Below, one piece after another: positions 11,969 through 23,780 of a DNA stretch of 64,000 nt. The notes beneath the pieces were generated by a model, which worked only from the letters and a program-made list of their open reading frames with translations, was not told the origin of the DNA and did not search any database. The stretch comes from Malacoraja senta (Eukaryota), in the NCBI GenBank assembly GCA_038087875.1, contig JAXLNO010005869.1:310001-374000 (forward strand), in the 5' to 3' direction. Within the stretch, counting starts at the first letter, position 1; each line of letters begins with the position of its first letter. The position numbers and the translations under genes are program-made.

Positions 11969-13414
11969 ATTCCTCTGGTTTAAAGGGGATCTGATTCATT
12001 TCATTATTGAAATGAAATACTGCATTTGTGGTACAAATGTTATTATGAATGCATGATTGATTATTCTCGTTCCGAGTCAATCTATGCAGTGAGAAGCCGG
12101 GATTGATCCACGGCATGAAATCACAAAGCTTTAAAATCTTCACGTAGTCACTCACGTGACTCCGAAGTAAAATAGTAAGATTAAGCGAGAACTTACCTAA
12201 GTTTGAAGTTTGATCTTTATTTTATGAGGAGTTACGTAGGTGATTACGTGCCCACCACGACCCTACCCTCTATCATAAAGGTCAGATGGAAGTTCTTGTA
12301 TTACTCGTTTTATTATGAGACTATATTACTTCGGTTGTTGTTTTTTGTGATTTCACACCGCTGCTTTGAAGATTGACGCGCAGGCGCACTGGCGGGGTTC
12401 TTCACGTAATCACCTACGTAACTCCTCATAAAATAAAGATCAAACTTCAAACTTAGGTAAGTTCTCGTTTAATCTTACTATTTATGTTGAGATAAGGCAT
12501 AGGTGATGGTTGTGTGACCTTTGTATAATGGTGGTTTCTTATGTTTATAGAAAACGGAGAAATCTTCCATTTGCTGTGTGGAATGCTATTAGTGAGGAGG
12601 CCTTAAATTCCTTTTGTCCAGAGATAGAAGGGGGAGGTTGTAATTAAATTAGACCTGAGCTTGGGAAGAAGCAATCATGTGTGACAATTAGTGGCCTTTG
12701 TGTGGTTGGGGATTGTAGAAATAACTTAAGTCCTTACCACTTTGTAAGAATGGGGCAAAACTCATATTTAATCCATAAGTAACTGTATTTTAACTATGAA
12801 GTAGGGAAATTGTTTGTGAAGTGTATTGTGTTTTAATTAGGATTGTAAGTATTAGACTTTGTTTAAATCTGAAGTTTTAGAAATAACTTTCTTTTCCAAA
12901 AGTGAAAATATATGTTTTGTCTGTATGTTTTGTGTGATTGCTGTATGATGTGTATTTTATATTCTGAGAGGTAGTCTCTGAGAATTAGTTTTATATTTCT
13001 GTGGTTTTACTTCATTGAAATAAAATGATTTTGAGCAAAGAGGTTAAAAAAAACCACAGAGGGAAAAAGGTTGTAAAGGGGCCAGAAAGGGGAAAATCAT
13101 GTGACTATATGTGTTGTCAATCACTGGAAACGATTTAGTTGATTGGTTAATGCAAATAAGCTAAATGTATGGTAAACCATAATGATTGGTTAATAGTTTG
13201 CCACTCCTTTTGTATCATAATTGTCCAATACCTATATAATGTGTTACCTTTGTACCAAAGTAGTTCTTTCGACCTGCCCCAGAGTTTCTAGCTCTGTGTT
13301 GGAAGGTTTAAAGAATTATCCAGTGCTGTCGGAATAAAGAATTGATTTTAGCAGCAATGGTTTGAATCAAGTTTTCTTGAATTGGACTGACAAAATAACT
13401 TAGTTTAACACCTT

Positions 13415-13695
13415 TACCCATCCACCTATATTCCTCCCTCTGGGTGTAGATTTCACTCCTCTTCTTACCTGATGCCCTTTTGTCTCCTTTTTATCTCTAG
13501 CCTATATCCACCATCAGCCACCCCACCTCACCTGTATCCACCTATCACTTGTCCCCATCCCCATCACATTCAGTCTGAGAAGGGCCCCAACCAGCAACTT
13601 CACCTGTCCCTGTCCTCCAGAGATGCTGCCTGACCGAAAGTTACTCCAGCTCTTTGTTTTACTCATGAAATCAGCATCTACAGTTCCTTGTGACT
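13415..13695 (+). mobile_element. Penelope-like pseudo-LTR fragment
   Basis: cagtctgagaaggg…agagatgctgcctgacc…ttactccagc…cagcatctacagttccttg. Confidence 0.6.
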
Positions 13696-14384
13696 ACATT
13701 TGTCCTGTCATGTCCCCCCAGTATCTTGTGTTTCAATAAGATCATCTCTCATTTTTCTAAGCTTCATTGAATATTGATCTCATTTCTTTAGGTGGTCTCA
13801 TATTTGCCTTCTGGCATTACAAAGGTGCTAGATTATCAGAGTTTTACTATATTGAAATGTTTGAACAAATCTTCATGTTAGTTGACATGTTAGTTTTACT
13901 GAGGAGGATCCGATATTTAAAGCTGCTCACCGCTGCTTAGATCAGGAATGGAAACTGGAACTGCAATTAACATTATGTACACTGTCCAAAGTCAGTGAGT
14001 TTTCTCATTGCCTTGCATTGCATCCACCATCTGCATGTAGCAATGTCTGGATATGCTCTCCCATAGCGTTAGGTAGATGCAGGTAGTTACAGTGAAAAAG
14101 ATACAGGAATTTTTAAATGTATATTTTGTCTTATGTCCTGAGCTTTTTTGTCATCATTAAATTTACAGAAGTTAAAACTGATGTGAGATGGCTGGAAGGC
14201 CGAATCTGATTCTCTGGCTGTGTTCAGTGCTCTCTGCCCCTGCACAGAGTAAGAGATGAAGGGTGGTGGGGATGTGTAGTCCATGCTGAGGATGAACGAG
14301 AGGATCCTGGCAATGGGGTGCTGGAGTGGGAGGCTGATAGACAGATGGGGATGGGAGGAAAAGCACAGAGGTGAATGTTCCTCC

Positions 14385-15832
14385 ATTGTGGGGACGATGT
14401 GCTGTGAGAACAGAATGAGGACCGAGCAATCTGAACAGCAGAGAACCTGCCACCGTCTTCACCCTACAAGTCATTCATCGACCTCACTAAAGCATTCGAC
14501 TCGGTATCAAAGGAACTCTTATGGGACGTCCTGTCCACCTATGAATGTCCTGAAAAGTGCATTTGAATCCTGAGACTCCTCCACGATGGCATGCTTGCCA
14601 CAGTCATGGCCAGCAACAGCAACTGTGAGCCGTTTCAAGTCAGATCAGGAGTGAAACAGGGATGCGTGATTGCCCCAACACTGTTCACCATCTTCATTGC
14701 GACCACCATCCACATCATCCAGGACGACCTACCCCCAGGAATCAAAATCATCTACAGAACAGATGGCAGACTTTTCAATCTTGCCCGTCACAAGTCCAAA
14801 ACTAAGACATCTATGAGCTCCCTCATCGAGTTCCAATACGCAGATGACAACTGTGTTGCAGCTCTCTCAGAAAATCATCGCAACAGATCCTGACTGCCTT
14901 CAACAGTGCATACACGAAACTTGGACTTACCATCAACTCCAAGAAGACTCAGGTTATCTACCAATCATCACCAACTGAGACAAATCTGAAAGATGGCCAA
15001 TTCAACTTGGTGAAACAACCCTGGAAAATGTGGATCACTTTCTGTACCTTGGAAGTCACCTCTCCTCCAATGTCGACCTTGATGACGAGATCCAACATCA
15101 TCTTAAGTGTGCTGGAACAACTTTTGGACGTCTTCGAACGAGAGTCTTTCAAAATTGTGACATCCGAACAGACACCAAAATGTTAGTGTACAAGGCAGTG
15201 GTGATTCCAATGCTCCTGTATGCATCATAAACCTGGACACCATACCGACGCCATCTGAAAACACTTGAAAAGTTCCATCAACGATGTCTTCGAAGCAGCT
15301 TAAATATCAGCTGGGAAGACGGAAATACCAACGTCAGCGTGCTGAATGAAGCAAAAACATCTAGCATCGAAGCCTTCGGCATCAAGAACCAACTAAGATG
15401 GGTCGGTCATGTTGTTCGGATGGAAGACGAGCGTCTACCAAAACAAACCTTCTACTCCCAGCTTAAAGAAGGCAAATGTAAAAGAGGCGGACAAAAGAAG
15501 AGATTCAAAGACGCCTTAAAAGCCAGCATGAAGAAATGTGAAATCGCCATCGACAATTGGGAAACCAATGCCAAGGACAGGAAACTCTGGCGAACCATCT
15601 TCCAAGAAGGAACAGCGACCTTCGAAGCCAAGAGATGCGCAGAATTAGAGAAAAGAGAAGAAAACGGAAAGGGAGGCAGCAACAACCAAAGCCAGATCTG
15701 CTATCTGCTTTACCTGCCCTGAATGCCGAAGAACTTTCAAAGCCAGGATTGGACATAAGCCACCTGAGAGTCCATAAAAACAAAAGAGCGTAGACCATTA
15801 TGCTCGACCTCGAGGGATAGCCACGATGACCC
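14385..15832 (+). mobile_element. RTE-clade (BovB-like) LINE, 5'-truncated, decayed
   Basis: GVKQGCVIAPTLF, FQYADD, FLYLGS, QLRWVGHVVRMEDERLPKQ…GGQKKRFKD; short 3' UTR ending gggatagccacgatga. Confidence 0.92.
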
Positions 15833-16964
15833 AGATTCTTTAAGCCTCTTTTGACACATAGAAACATAGAAAATCGAGTTCTTAGACGATCGAGTTCTTG
15901 GACGACATGATTCTTGGATGGTGACATCATGTTTGTGTTGCTGATATCCATCAATACGACCCTTGGTTTCAGCAGCAGGGACCATGGGCTTGATGCCCAT
16001 CTCTTGGCAGCTCATGTTGGGACCACCGCCTGTGGCCTGAGCTGCACCTTCACTTTCCAGCCCTGGAGGGCACTCTGGTTATCTCTTAAAGGGGCAGCAA
16101 CCGTTTGCCAGGTTTTTAACTTCAAGAAGTGGTTAATTACGTAAAAATGAGCAATTGTGCTAGTTCTGTTGTACAAGTAATGTGATATATTTGCATTTGA
16201 ACTTCTATCCGATGGAGACTGGAACATCTGATGTGCACCTTGGTTAATTATTGCTTGTTGACAGACAGATATTCTATGCGGTTTAAACTATTCTGCAGCT
16301 TGATGTCTGTAAAAGGTTCCTTTTTTTAATTAGCAGAGGTCACATGAGTAAAGATGCAGCGGAATGAATAATGATTCTCAAGGCCCTGATGATAATTTGG
16401 AATTGTTCTTCTTGGCACAGAAGCACAAATTAAAATGACTATCAAGGCCTTTACAAAGCTGTTCAGTCTGCTGCAACTTGTTAATTGAAACTCATGTTAA
16501 CTCATGTTAATTGAAACTCATGAAACTCATGTTAATCGAAACCAATTCAACCTTCCAAATTTTGTATACTGCAAACTACATAATTATTGCAGAATTCTTG
16601 TCTGTCAATGAATAACTTTATAAGAAAATTAGTTTTTAAATGCGGAGAAAATCTGATCTTTAAAAGTTTTAGTTACAGATTTAGAATTAATAATTCTATT
16701 ATGCGTTGTAAAATGTAAATATTATGTTTGCAGTTTTTTTTCCCCCCATTTACTTTTTAAATAAAATTGGTGGTTTTATAGTTAATCCACATAGCAGTGT
16801 AGTGCTGGCAGCTTTGGTGTGTGGGAAATATTTGTAATTGAAGGAATGATGCAGGATTTGTGGGGGATTCATTTGTCAAAGACACCTCCAACTGATTCAA
16901 GATACATTAGGAGTGGCCTTCTAAACACTGAAGATAAATGTGACACGTTTGATGTTTGCCTGTG

Positions 16965-17122
16965 GAGGAAGGAACTGCAGATACTGGTTTACACGGAAGA
17001 TAGGCACAAAATGCTGGAGTAACTCAGCGGGTCAGGCAACATCTCTGGAGAAAAGGAATGGGTGACATTTAGGTTCGAGATCCTTCTTCAGACTGAGAGT
17101 CAGGGGAGAGGGAACTAGAGGT
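16965..17122 (-). mobile_element. Penelope-like pseudo-LTR fragment
   Basis: gaaggaactgcagatactgg…aatgctggagtaactcagcgggtcaggc…cttcttcagactg on the plus strand. Confidence 0.7.
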
Positions 17123-19096
17123 ACTTCCCAGTTTCCCACTCACGACAGAGCTCTTCTTCATCAGTGCACCAGTAAATTAAGATCCAACCAACATATGTCA
17201 GCTTTTATTTATGAATTTAGTTTTTACTAAATGTTCATTTAGTGGAATATTCCTTTTTGAAGCAGGATGCTGTGGATTCCAGCCCCAGCTCGGGTCTTGA
17301 ATCTTCCAAGGTGACATTTCAGTCCAGTCATGAAATGACCTATGCTGTAAGGGGCATTGATACTCAGGCTGTTACCTTGTATTATTGATCAACTTGCAAC
17401 TTTGAAACCATGTTTGGCCCAGGGTTTAGCCTCCGACTTCATCCTGGTCCACCAATACCCTTCAGAGAGGAAGGTTTGACAACCTTATCTGGCCTGGGAT
17501 AGATTTGTGGATGTTGGTGCAACAGGTGGATTTTCTTATGATCCATGCAGATTGGTGATCATGACTAGAATGTGATATTGCTGTCCTGGTGGAGAGATGG
17601 AGGCTAGCTGGGATGTTCAGTGCCAGGTTTTGAGGGCTGCGTAGAAGAGCTTCCAGATCCACTGTTAGAAGATCCAGCAGATGTGATGAACACCAAACTG
17701 TACTGCAATTCCACAAGAAATTATGTGAGCTTATTGGATATTTAATGGTGAGCACTGAACCTGGTCATATTACTCTTTAGTGCTTTGTCACAGAACACTC
17801 CATCCACCCACCTCACTGTCTTCTTCTTTACACTTTGCCCCCTAATGACCTTTGACCCTCTCCAGCCCCCACACAGAGGTCAAGCTTCTAAAGGGGTGAT
17901 ATTGAAATACTCTTTTAATGTCAGTTAGATAAGGACAGCAACAAATAAGGTTGCCTGCACAGTAGTGTGTGTAAGTGAGTTTAGCACAAGTCACTGCAAA
18001 GAGAAACCATCTGGGGGAAGAACATCTTGAGTCATCAAAAGCTTTTGTGTGGACTGAAAGTGAAAGAGCAGCCTTTCAATATCCAGACTGCAGTCACAAA
18101 GGGGAGACTGTAACCTATGCTGGTACCTCAAAAACTACATATAATGTTAAGGATTGGGAAAGGCAAAACTGTCAATATTTGTTCTGATTTTTGCTATTAC
18201 AAATAGATTCTGATCACATCACTGTTCAGATATCCTTTCACCTGGGTCAAATTGCATCCGTCCTTGTGGAGATATAAGTGATACTAGTGTGGTAGCTACC
18301 GGCATTGCTGCGGACTGTACAATATCTCAGCTAGTTATATTGCTTGTCATGTCTGCTCTGAGACATTAATAGTATGGGGAAGTCAGCATAAGCAGCCTTG
18401 CTCTCAAGTCTTTGACAGGTGATTAAGCAAGCTGAAATGGGCTTTGTAGTTACTGGTTCATGTTAACACTGGTTCACAGAGCTGCCAACTCTCACGCATT
18501 GAGCTTGAGAATCACGCATTTTGCCCAATTCTCACGCTCTCACGCTGAGCATAAATTTCTCACGCGCTGTCGTGAGAAATTCTGTGATCAACGAGAATTT
18601 CAAAACTAATATCAACTGCTTGTGTGCGCGTCTGTTGACAAGACGGCAGCATTCTTATTCTCTGTTATTCTAACTTGACCGAACCGTCACACACCTCCAA
18701 ACCATGTTCCCATGCAAATTTACATTGAAAGACACGGCAGTGAATGAGTGTCACCCAGCACAGCAAGTAAGGCCATGTCCTGCTCCCGGCGGCAGTCGGA
18801 ATTTAAGGATTTGCGGGAAGCGGCTGACAATCGCAGGAGAGAGATACATGGGCCGCGGAATCAGGGGCGCTGGGGGGGAGGGCCCACATTTTTGGCTAGA
18901 CATGTTTCAATGTCTCCGGCTTTGGACGAGGCGCTGCTGTGCTCTGAGCAACCTGGTCATGGGTGTTGGAGAGCCAGGGAGGGAGGGATGGAAGCAGCGG
19001 CGGCGGCAGATGCGGACGGGGAGCCAGGGCTGGCGAGTGTTTGCTGGGCTGGCGAGTGTTTGCCGGGCTGGCGGGTCGCTCGAAGAAGCTCCGGCC

Positions 19097-19243
19097 ATGG
19101 AGCAGCCTCAGTGCAAGAGTCCCGGGCCGTCGGAAGCGTTGCGCTGCTGCCGTGAGAGTCTCTGCAGCCAATTCGCCCTGGTGACCGGCATGGACCAGGC
19201 TGCAGCTCGGTGCATCCTGGAGGACAACCAGTGGCTGCTGGAA
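19097..19243 (+). pseudogene. TDP2-like exon 1 fragment (UBA-like domain) with splice donor
   Basis: gccATGG; MEQPQCKSPGPSEALRCCRESLCSQFALVTGMDQAAARCILEDNQWLLE|gtaggt. Confidence 0.7.
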
Positions 19244-19316
19244 GTAGGTACCAAGCACTGGGTAGAAGTAGTGGAAGATAGTGGCCTTCGAATGGGGGTG
19301 GTGGGAGAAAGCATCC

Positions 19317-19652
19317 TGCAGGAAAAATGTTCCCGATTTTGGGGGAGTTCAGAACCAGGGATCACAGTTTAAGAATAAGGGGTAGGCCATTTAGGACTGA
19401 GATGAGGACAAACTTTTTTCACCCAGAGAGTTGTGAATCTGTGGAATTCTCAGCCACAGAAGACAGTGGAGACCAATTCACTGGATGTTTTCAAGAGAGA
19501 GTTACATTTAGCTCTTGGGGTAGCGAAATCAAAGGATATGAGGAAAAAAACAGGAAAGAGGTACTGATTTTAGATGAACAACCATGATCATATTGAATGG
19601 CAGTGCTGGCTCGAAGGGCCGAATGGCCTATTCCTGCACCTATTTTCTATGC
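19317..19652 (+). mobile_element. CR1/HER1 3' end, cargo of the TIR element
   Basis: MFPILGEFRTRDHSLRIRGRPFRTEMR; tail tgcacctattttctatg. Confidence 0.85.
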
Positions 19653-21548
19653 TTGAGTATATGGCAATAAAACGCGACCACTTGATTTTGAAGCATTCAT
19701 GCATGGTGAAGGTATAATGTAGTCGGAGAGTGATACAGTGTGAAAACAGGCCCTTCGGCCCAACATGCCTACACCTGCCAACATGTCTCAGCTACACTAC
19801 CTACTTTTGGTCCATATCCCTCCAAACCTGTCCTATCTATGTATCAATCTAACTGTTTCTTAAACGTTGGGATAGTCACTGCCTCAACTACTTCATCTGG
19901 AAGCTTGTTCTATACACCCACCACCCTTTGTGTGGAAAAAGTTACCCCTTAAAGTTACCTCTTAAAAATACTTCAAACAAAAACATTGAAATCGTACTTC
20001 TACAATGCACTAAAACACGATTTTATTACATCAAATTTCAAAAAGTCCTTACCGTGGGAGACGGGGCATCCCCCTCCTACACCCTCCCCCCACTCAGTCA
20101 CTCCACCCTTGCCAGGTACCCCCAAGGCCAGTGATCAGTAATCATTCATCGCTCAGCTCCCCCCACTTTCAAAAATACTCCATGGCCCCTGGTTCAGACG
20201 GAGAGCACTGCCAGATGTGAGCGGTGAACTGAGGCCAGTTGTCTGTGATATCCGGATCCCAATGCTCAGCGCTTCGTGTTTCGGAGTTGGCTAATTTTAT
20301 AGATTTGTAATTAGCCTGATTTGTAATTAGTTGACAAAACCTTAATTTATTAATCTGTAATATCCAGGGGGATGGGATAAGTGTAATATTAAAATGACAT
20401 GCAAGGTGTCAGGCTGTCTGTCACAACATACAGCCCGATAACCCATTATTTCCTTCAGTTAAATATTGCGAAGGTAGCACTATTGTAATTTGCCACTCAA
20501 CTATTGTGTTTGTTTACCACACTGACTATTTATAACCTTCCCCCCCTTCCCCCCCCCCCCAATTCCTTTCACAGGTTGAATAGAAATGTCCCCAATCTCG
20601 TTGTTTTATTAATTGAACACGTAGATGAACATCCTCAAGGAGTGTAATCCGATGGAAACTGATTCAGATGCGATGTTTAAGAGCTGGTTCAAAGAAGGGG
20701 CATATTTTAAAGGAGTGACAAAGATACTTGCAGGGAAATGTGTGAGGAGGTTATTATTTGTCTTTAGTTTTAGCTTGAACCAGGACATCTGAAGATTCAA
20801 AGTTTAATATAGTAATTGTGCTGATACTGACTCCAACCAGCCACGTAATGAATATCATCCATTCCGGAGGTTTTATTTTTCTGATACTATTTGAACTTCA
20901 CTTGGATTTCAATCACTTAAATGTAAAAGTAATTGGGAATGGGGAGCATTGGAACAAAAATTTGCACTCGGTACATATTAACTGTCATATAATAATGTAT
21001 GCATGTTGGTAGGTGCAATCAAAACAAAGATCTTTTTATCATTGTTCTGTTATGAATACCACAGAAAATATTATGTACTCTCAAGATCACATTAAATAGA
21101 ATATTATTACTTAAATATATATTGTTATTAGACTTTGCATTTCGGAAAAGTCCCAGCTGAGAGGAAGACAGCAAAATACTGAAAATATTGGGGGTGAAAA
21201 TGACGTCAGGACAGTTTGTTAGGAAAATGAAGGAAATGTTAACAGAATACTTATACAGCTGAGTGATTATAATCTTATGGATGAGAAATTTTGTTCAACC
21301 AATTGATGACTTCTTTGACAAAGTAACTAGCATGTTAGATAACAAGGAAGCCAATGGATGTAGCAAATTTTGTTAATATGGTCCGTGAAATGCCCCATAA
21401 AAGATTACCGCATTAAATATTCACCTGTGGACTTGAACGTAATAGGTTAAGTCCAGTGGGGTCAGATATGGGGCTTTATGTGTGGGCCAGATATATTGTC
21501 AATGCAGAGGGGCTAGGAGCAAGGCCAAGTGTGCATCCAGAGTCAAGG

Positions 21549-23780
21549 TAATAATAATATTAATAATAATATGTCTTTATTGTCATTGCACAGAGGTACA
21601 ACGGGATTTGGAATGTAACTTCCATCCGATGTAATAACTTAATTAGCTAAAAATTTAGACACCCAGAGAAACAAGATTTAAAAAAAACAGTTAAAACAGT
21701 ATAAAGTGCAAATAGGTCTGTGCCGGGTCGATGTACGACGTGACCATCCGAGGGAGACAGTTCATGGCGGTGGGGGGCACTCAGCAGGACCGGTTCAGAG
21801 CAGCTATAGCTCTGGGGATGAAGCTGTTCCTAAGTCTGGAGGTGCGGGCGTAGAAGGCCTTGTAACGTCTGCTGGATGGTAGAAGTTCGAACAGACTATT
21901 GCAAGGGTGTGAGGAGTCTTTATGAATGCTGACGGCCTTCCTGAGGCACCGTGTATTGTAGATGCCCTCCAAGGCTGGTAGCTGTGTCCCAATTATCTTC
22001 TGCGCCCTGTGGACGACCCGCTGAAGAGCTCTCCTCTCTGCCTCCGTGCAGCTGAGATACCACACGGAGATGCCATATGTTAGGATGCTCTCTGTGGTGC
22101 AGCGGTAGAAGGTTGTCAGCAGCTGTTGGGGCAAACCAGTCTTTTTCAGTGTTGTCAGGAAGAACAGTCGTTGCTGTGCCTTCTTGACCAGCGCAGCGGT
22201 GTTGGAGGACCATGTGAGGTTCTCCGAAATGTGTGTGCCCAGAAACCTGAAGCTGGACACTCTCTCCACACTGTCCTCGTTGATAAAGATTGGAGCGTAT
22301 TCCCCATTATGTGACCTTCTGAAGTTGAGGATCAGCTCCTTGGTCTTAGAGGTGTTTAGGGACAGGTTGTTACCTGAGCACCAGTCCGCCAGGTTCTGCA
22401 CATCCGCTCTGTAGTGTGTTTCATCACCACTTGACAATGGTGTTGGTGGCGAATGCAGGAACACGGTCGTGTGTGAAGAGGGAGTAGAGCATGGGGCTCA
22501 GTACACAGCCCTGTGGTGTGCCGGTGCTCAGGGTGATAGTGGAGGACAGGTGCGGGCCCAGTCTCACTGCCTGCGGTCGCTCCGTCAGGAAATTGTGGAT
22601 CTGTTTGCCCTGTATGTGAATTGATGCGAGTCCAGTGAGGCAGGGATGCTGGATTTGATGTGTGAGAGGACTAGCCTTTCAAAGCACTTCATGGTTATTG
22701 GTGTTAAGGCAACCGGATGGTAGTTGTTCAGGGTGGTGATTTTTGTATTTTTCGGCACCATGATAGCTGTCTTCAGGCACTTGGGGACCGTTGCCGGAGA
22801 TAGAGACAGGTTAAAGATCCTGGTGAATACCTCAGCCAGCTGTACAGCACGGTCCTTAAGTCCCCTTCCTTGGACACCATCCGGGCCTGCAGCCTTGCTT
22901 GGATTGACCCTTCACAGAGCGCATTGTACATCCTGTTTGCTCAATGTTAAGACCTGTCCCTCCGCCATGGCTGGGGTTATTCCACTCCTGGTGGTGTTGC
23001 CAGTTTCGAAGCGGGCAAAGAAGGTGTTTAGCTCGTTGGCCAGTGTGATATCACTGTGGGGGCAGGCGGGGCTGCTCTTGTAGTCAGTGATATTCCTGAC
23101 ACCCTGCCACATGCTTCTGGTGTCCGCGGTATTGAAGTGGTCTTCCACCCTTTGCCTGTGGATGTCTTTGGCCCTTTTTATACCTTTGTTCAGGTTTGAC
23201 CTGGCAGCACTGTAGGCATTGTTGCGTGCCCTTAGCAGATTCTGTACCTCCTTGTTCATCCATGGTTTCCGGTTTGGGAACATATTTATTTCCTTGTACA
23301 CTGTGACAAACTCCACACAGCAGTCGATGTAGGAGAGCACAGTGGATGTATACTCCTCCAAGTCTACCTCTGTACCACAGGTTGCCTGTTGTGCAAACAG
23401 GTCCCAGTCGGTGTGATCAAAGCAGTCCTGGAGTTGTAGGGTGGCGTCCTCGGGCCATATTTTGACCGTCTTTATTGCAGGTTTGGTCTTGCGGATGAGT
23501 GGTTTGTATGCAGGCAGTAGAAACAGTGAGAGGTGATCGGATTGGCCCAGGGATGGGCAGGGGAGAGCTCTGTATGTGTCCTTGACGTTGGTGTACACTT
23601 TATCCAGCGTGTTTGAGCCCCTGGTAGGGCACTGCACATGCTGGTGGAATTTGCAGAGCGCAGCTCGTAGGTCGACCTGATTAAAGTCCCCTGCAACAAT
23701 GAAGGCACCGTCGGGGTTAGCATCCTGCTGTTTACTGATGGCCGAGTGCAGCTGTGCTAGCGCTAGATTAGCATTAGCCT
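21549..23780 (-). mobile_element. Rex1/Babar-clade LINE, 5'-truncated with internal deletions
   Basis: APE motifs FIVAGDFNQ, LDKVY, SDH; RT region; C-terminus LPSSRRYKAFYARTSRLRNSFIPRAI; (TTA)n tail. Confidence 0.9.

Larger units (their letters stand above)
7764..12483 (+). mobile_element. DIRS1-type tyrosine-recombinase retrotransposon, full length, decayed
   Basis: Inverted terminal repeats plus an internal complementary region (~12138-12250) matching both ends; TTT termini; gag-like, RT/RNaseH, methyltransferase-like and YR remnants. Confidence 0.95.
7357..13410 (+). mobile_element. Solo-LTR-like element (~1.33 kb; 7357-7763 + 12484-13410), split by DIRS
   Basis: TG…CA ends, CCTT flanking duplication (7353-7356, 13411-13414); ATTGG boxes, ATGCAAAT, TATATAA (~13233) and AATAAA (~13333) in LTR order. 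Confidence 0.6.

Noticed and set aside
14087-14386. Possible inverted 5' RTE segment (IARIL…ESDSAFQPS resembling IARIL…ESQCGFRPS)
   Set aside because: Similarity too weak to claim a twin-priming inversion by eye
18704-19372. 222-aa ORF as a gene
   Set aside because: Read-through of transposon interior, captured exon, intron stub and out-of-frame CR1
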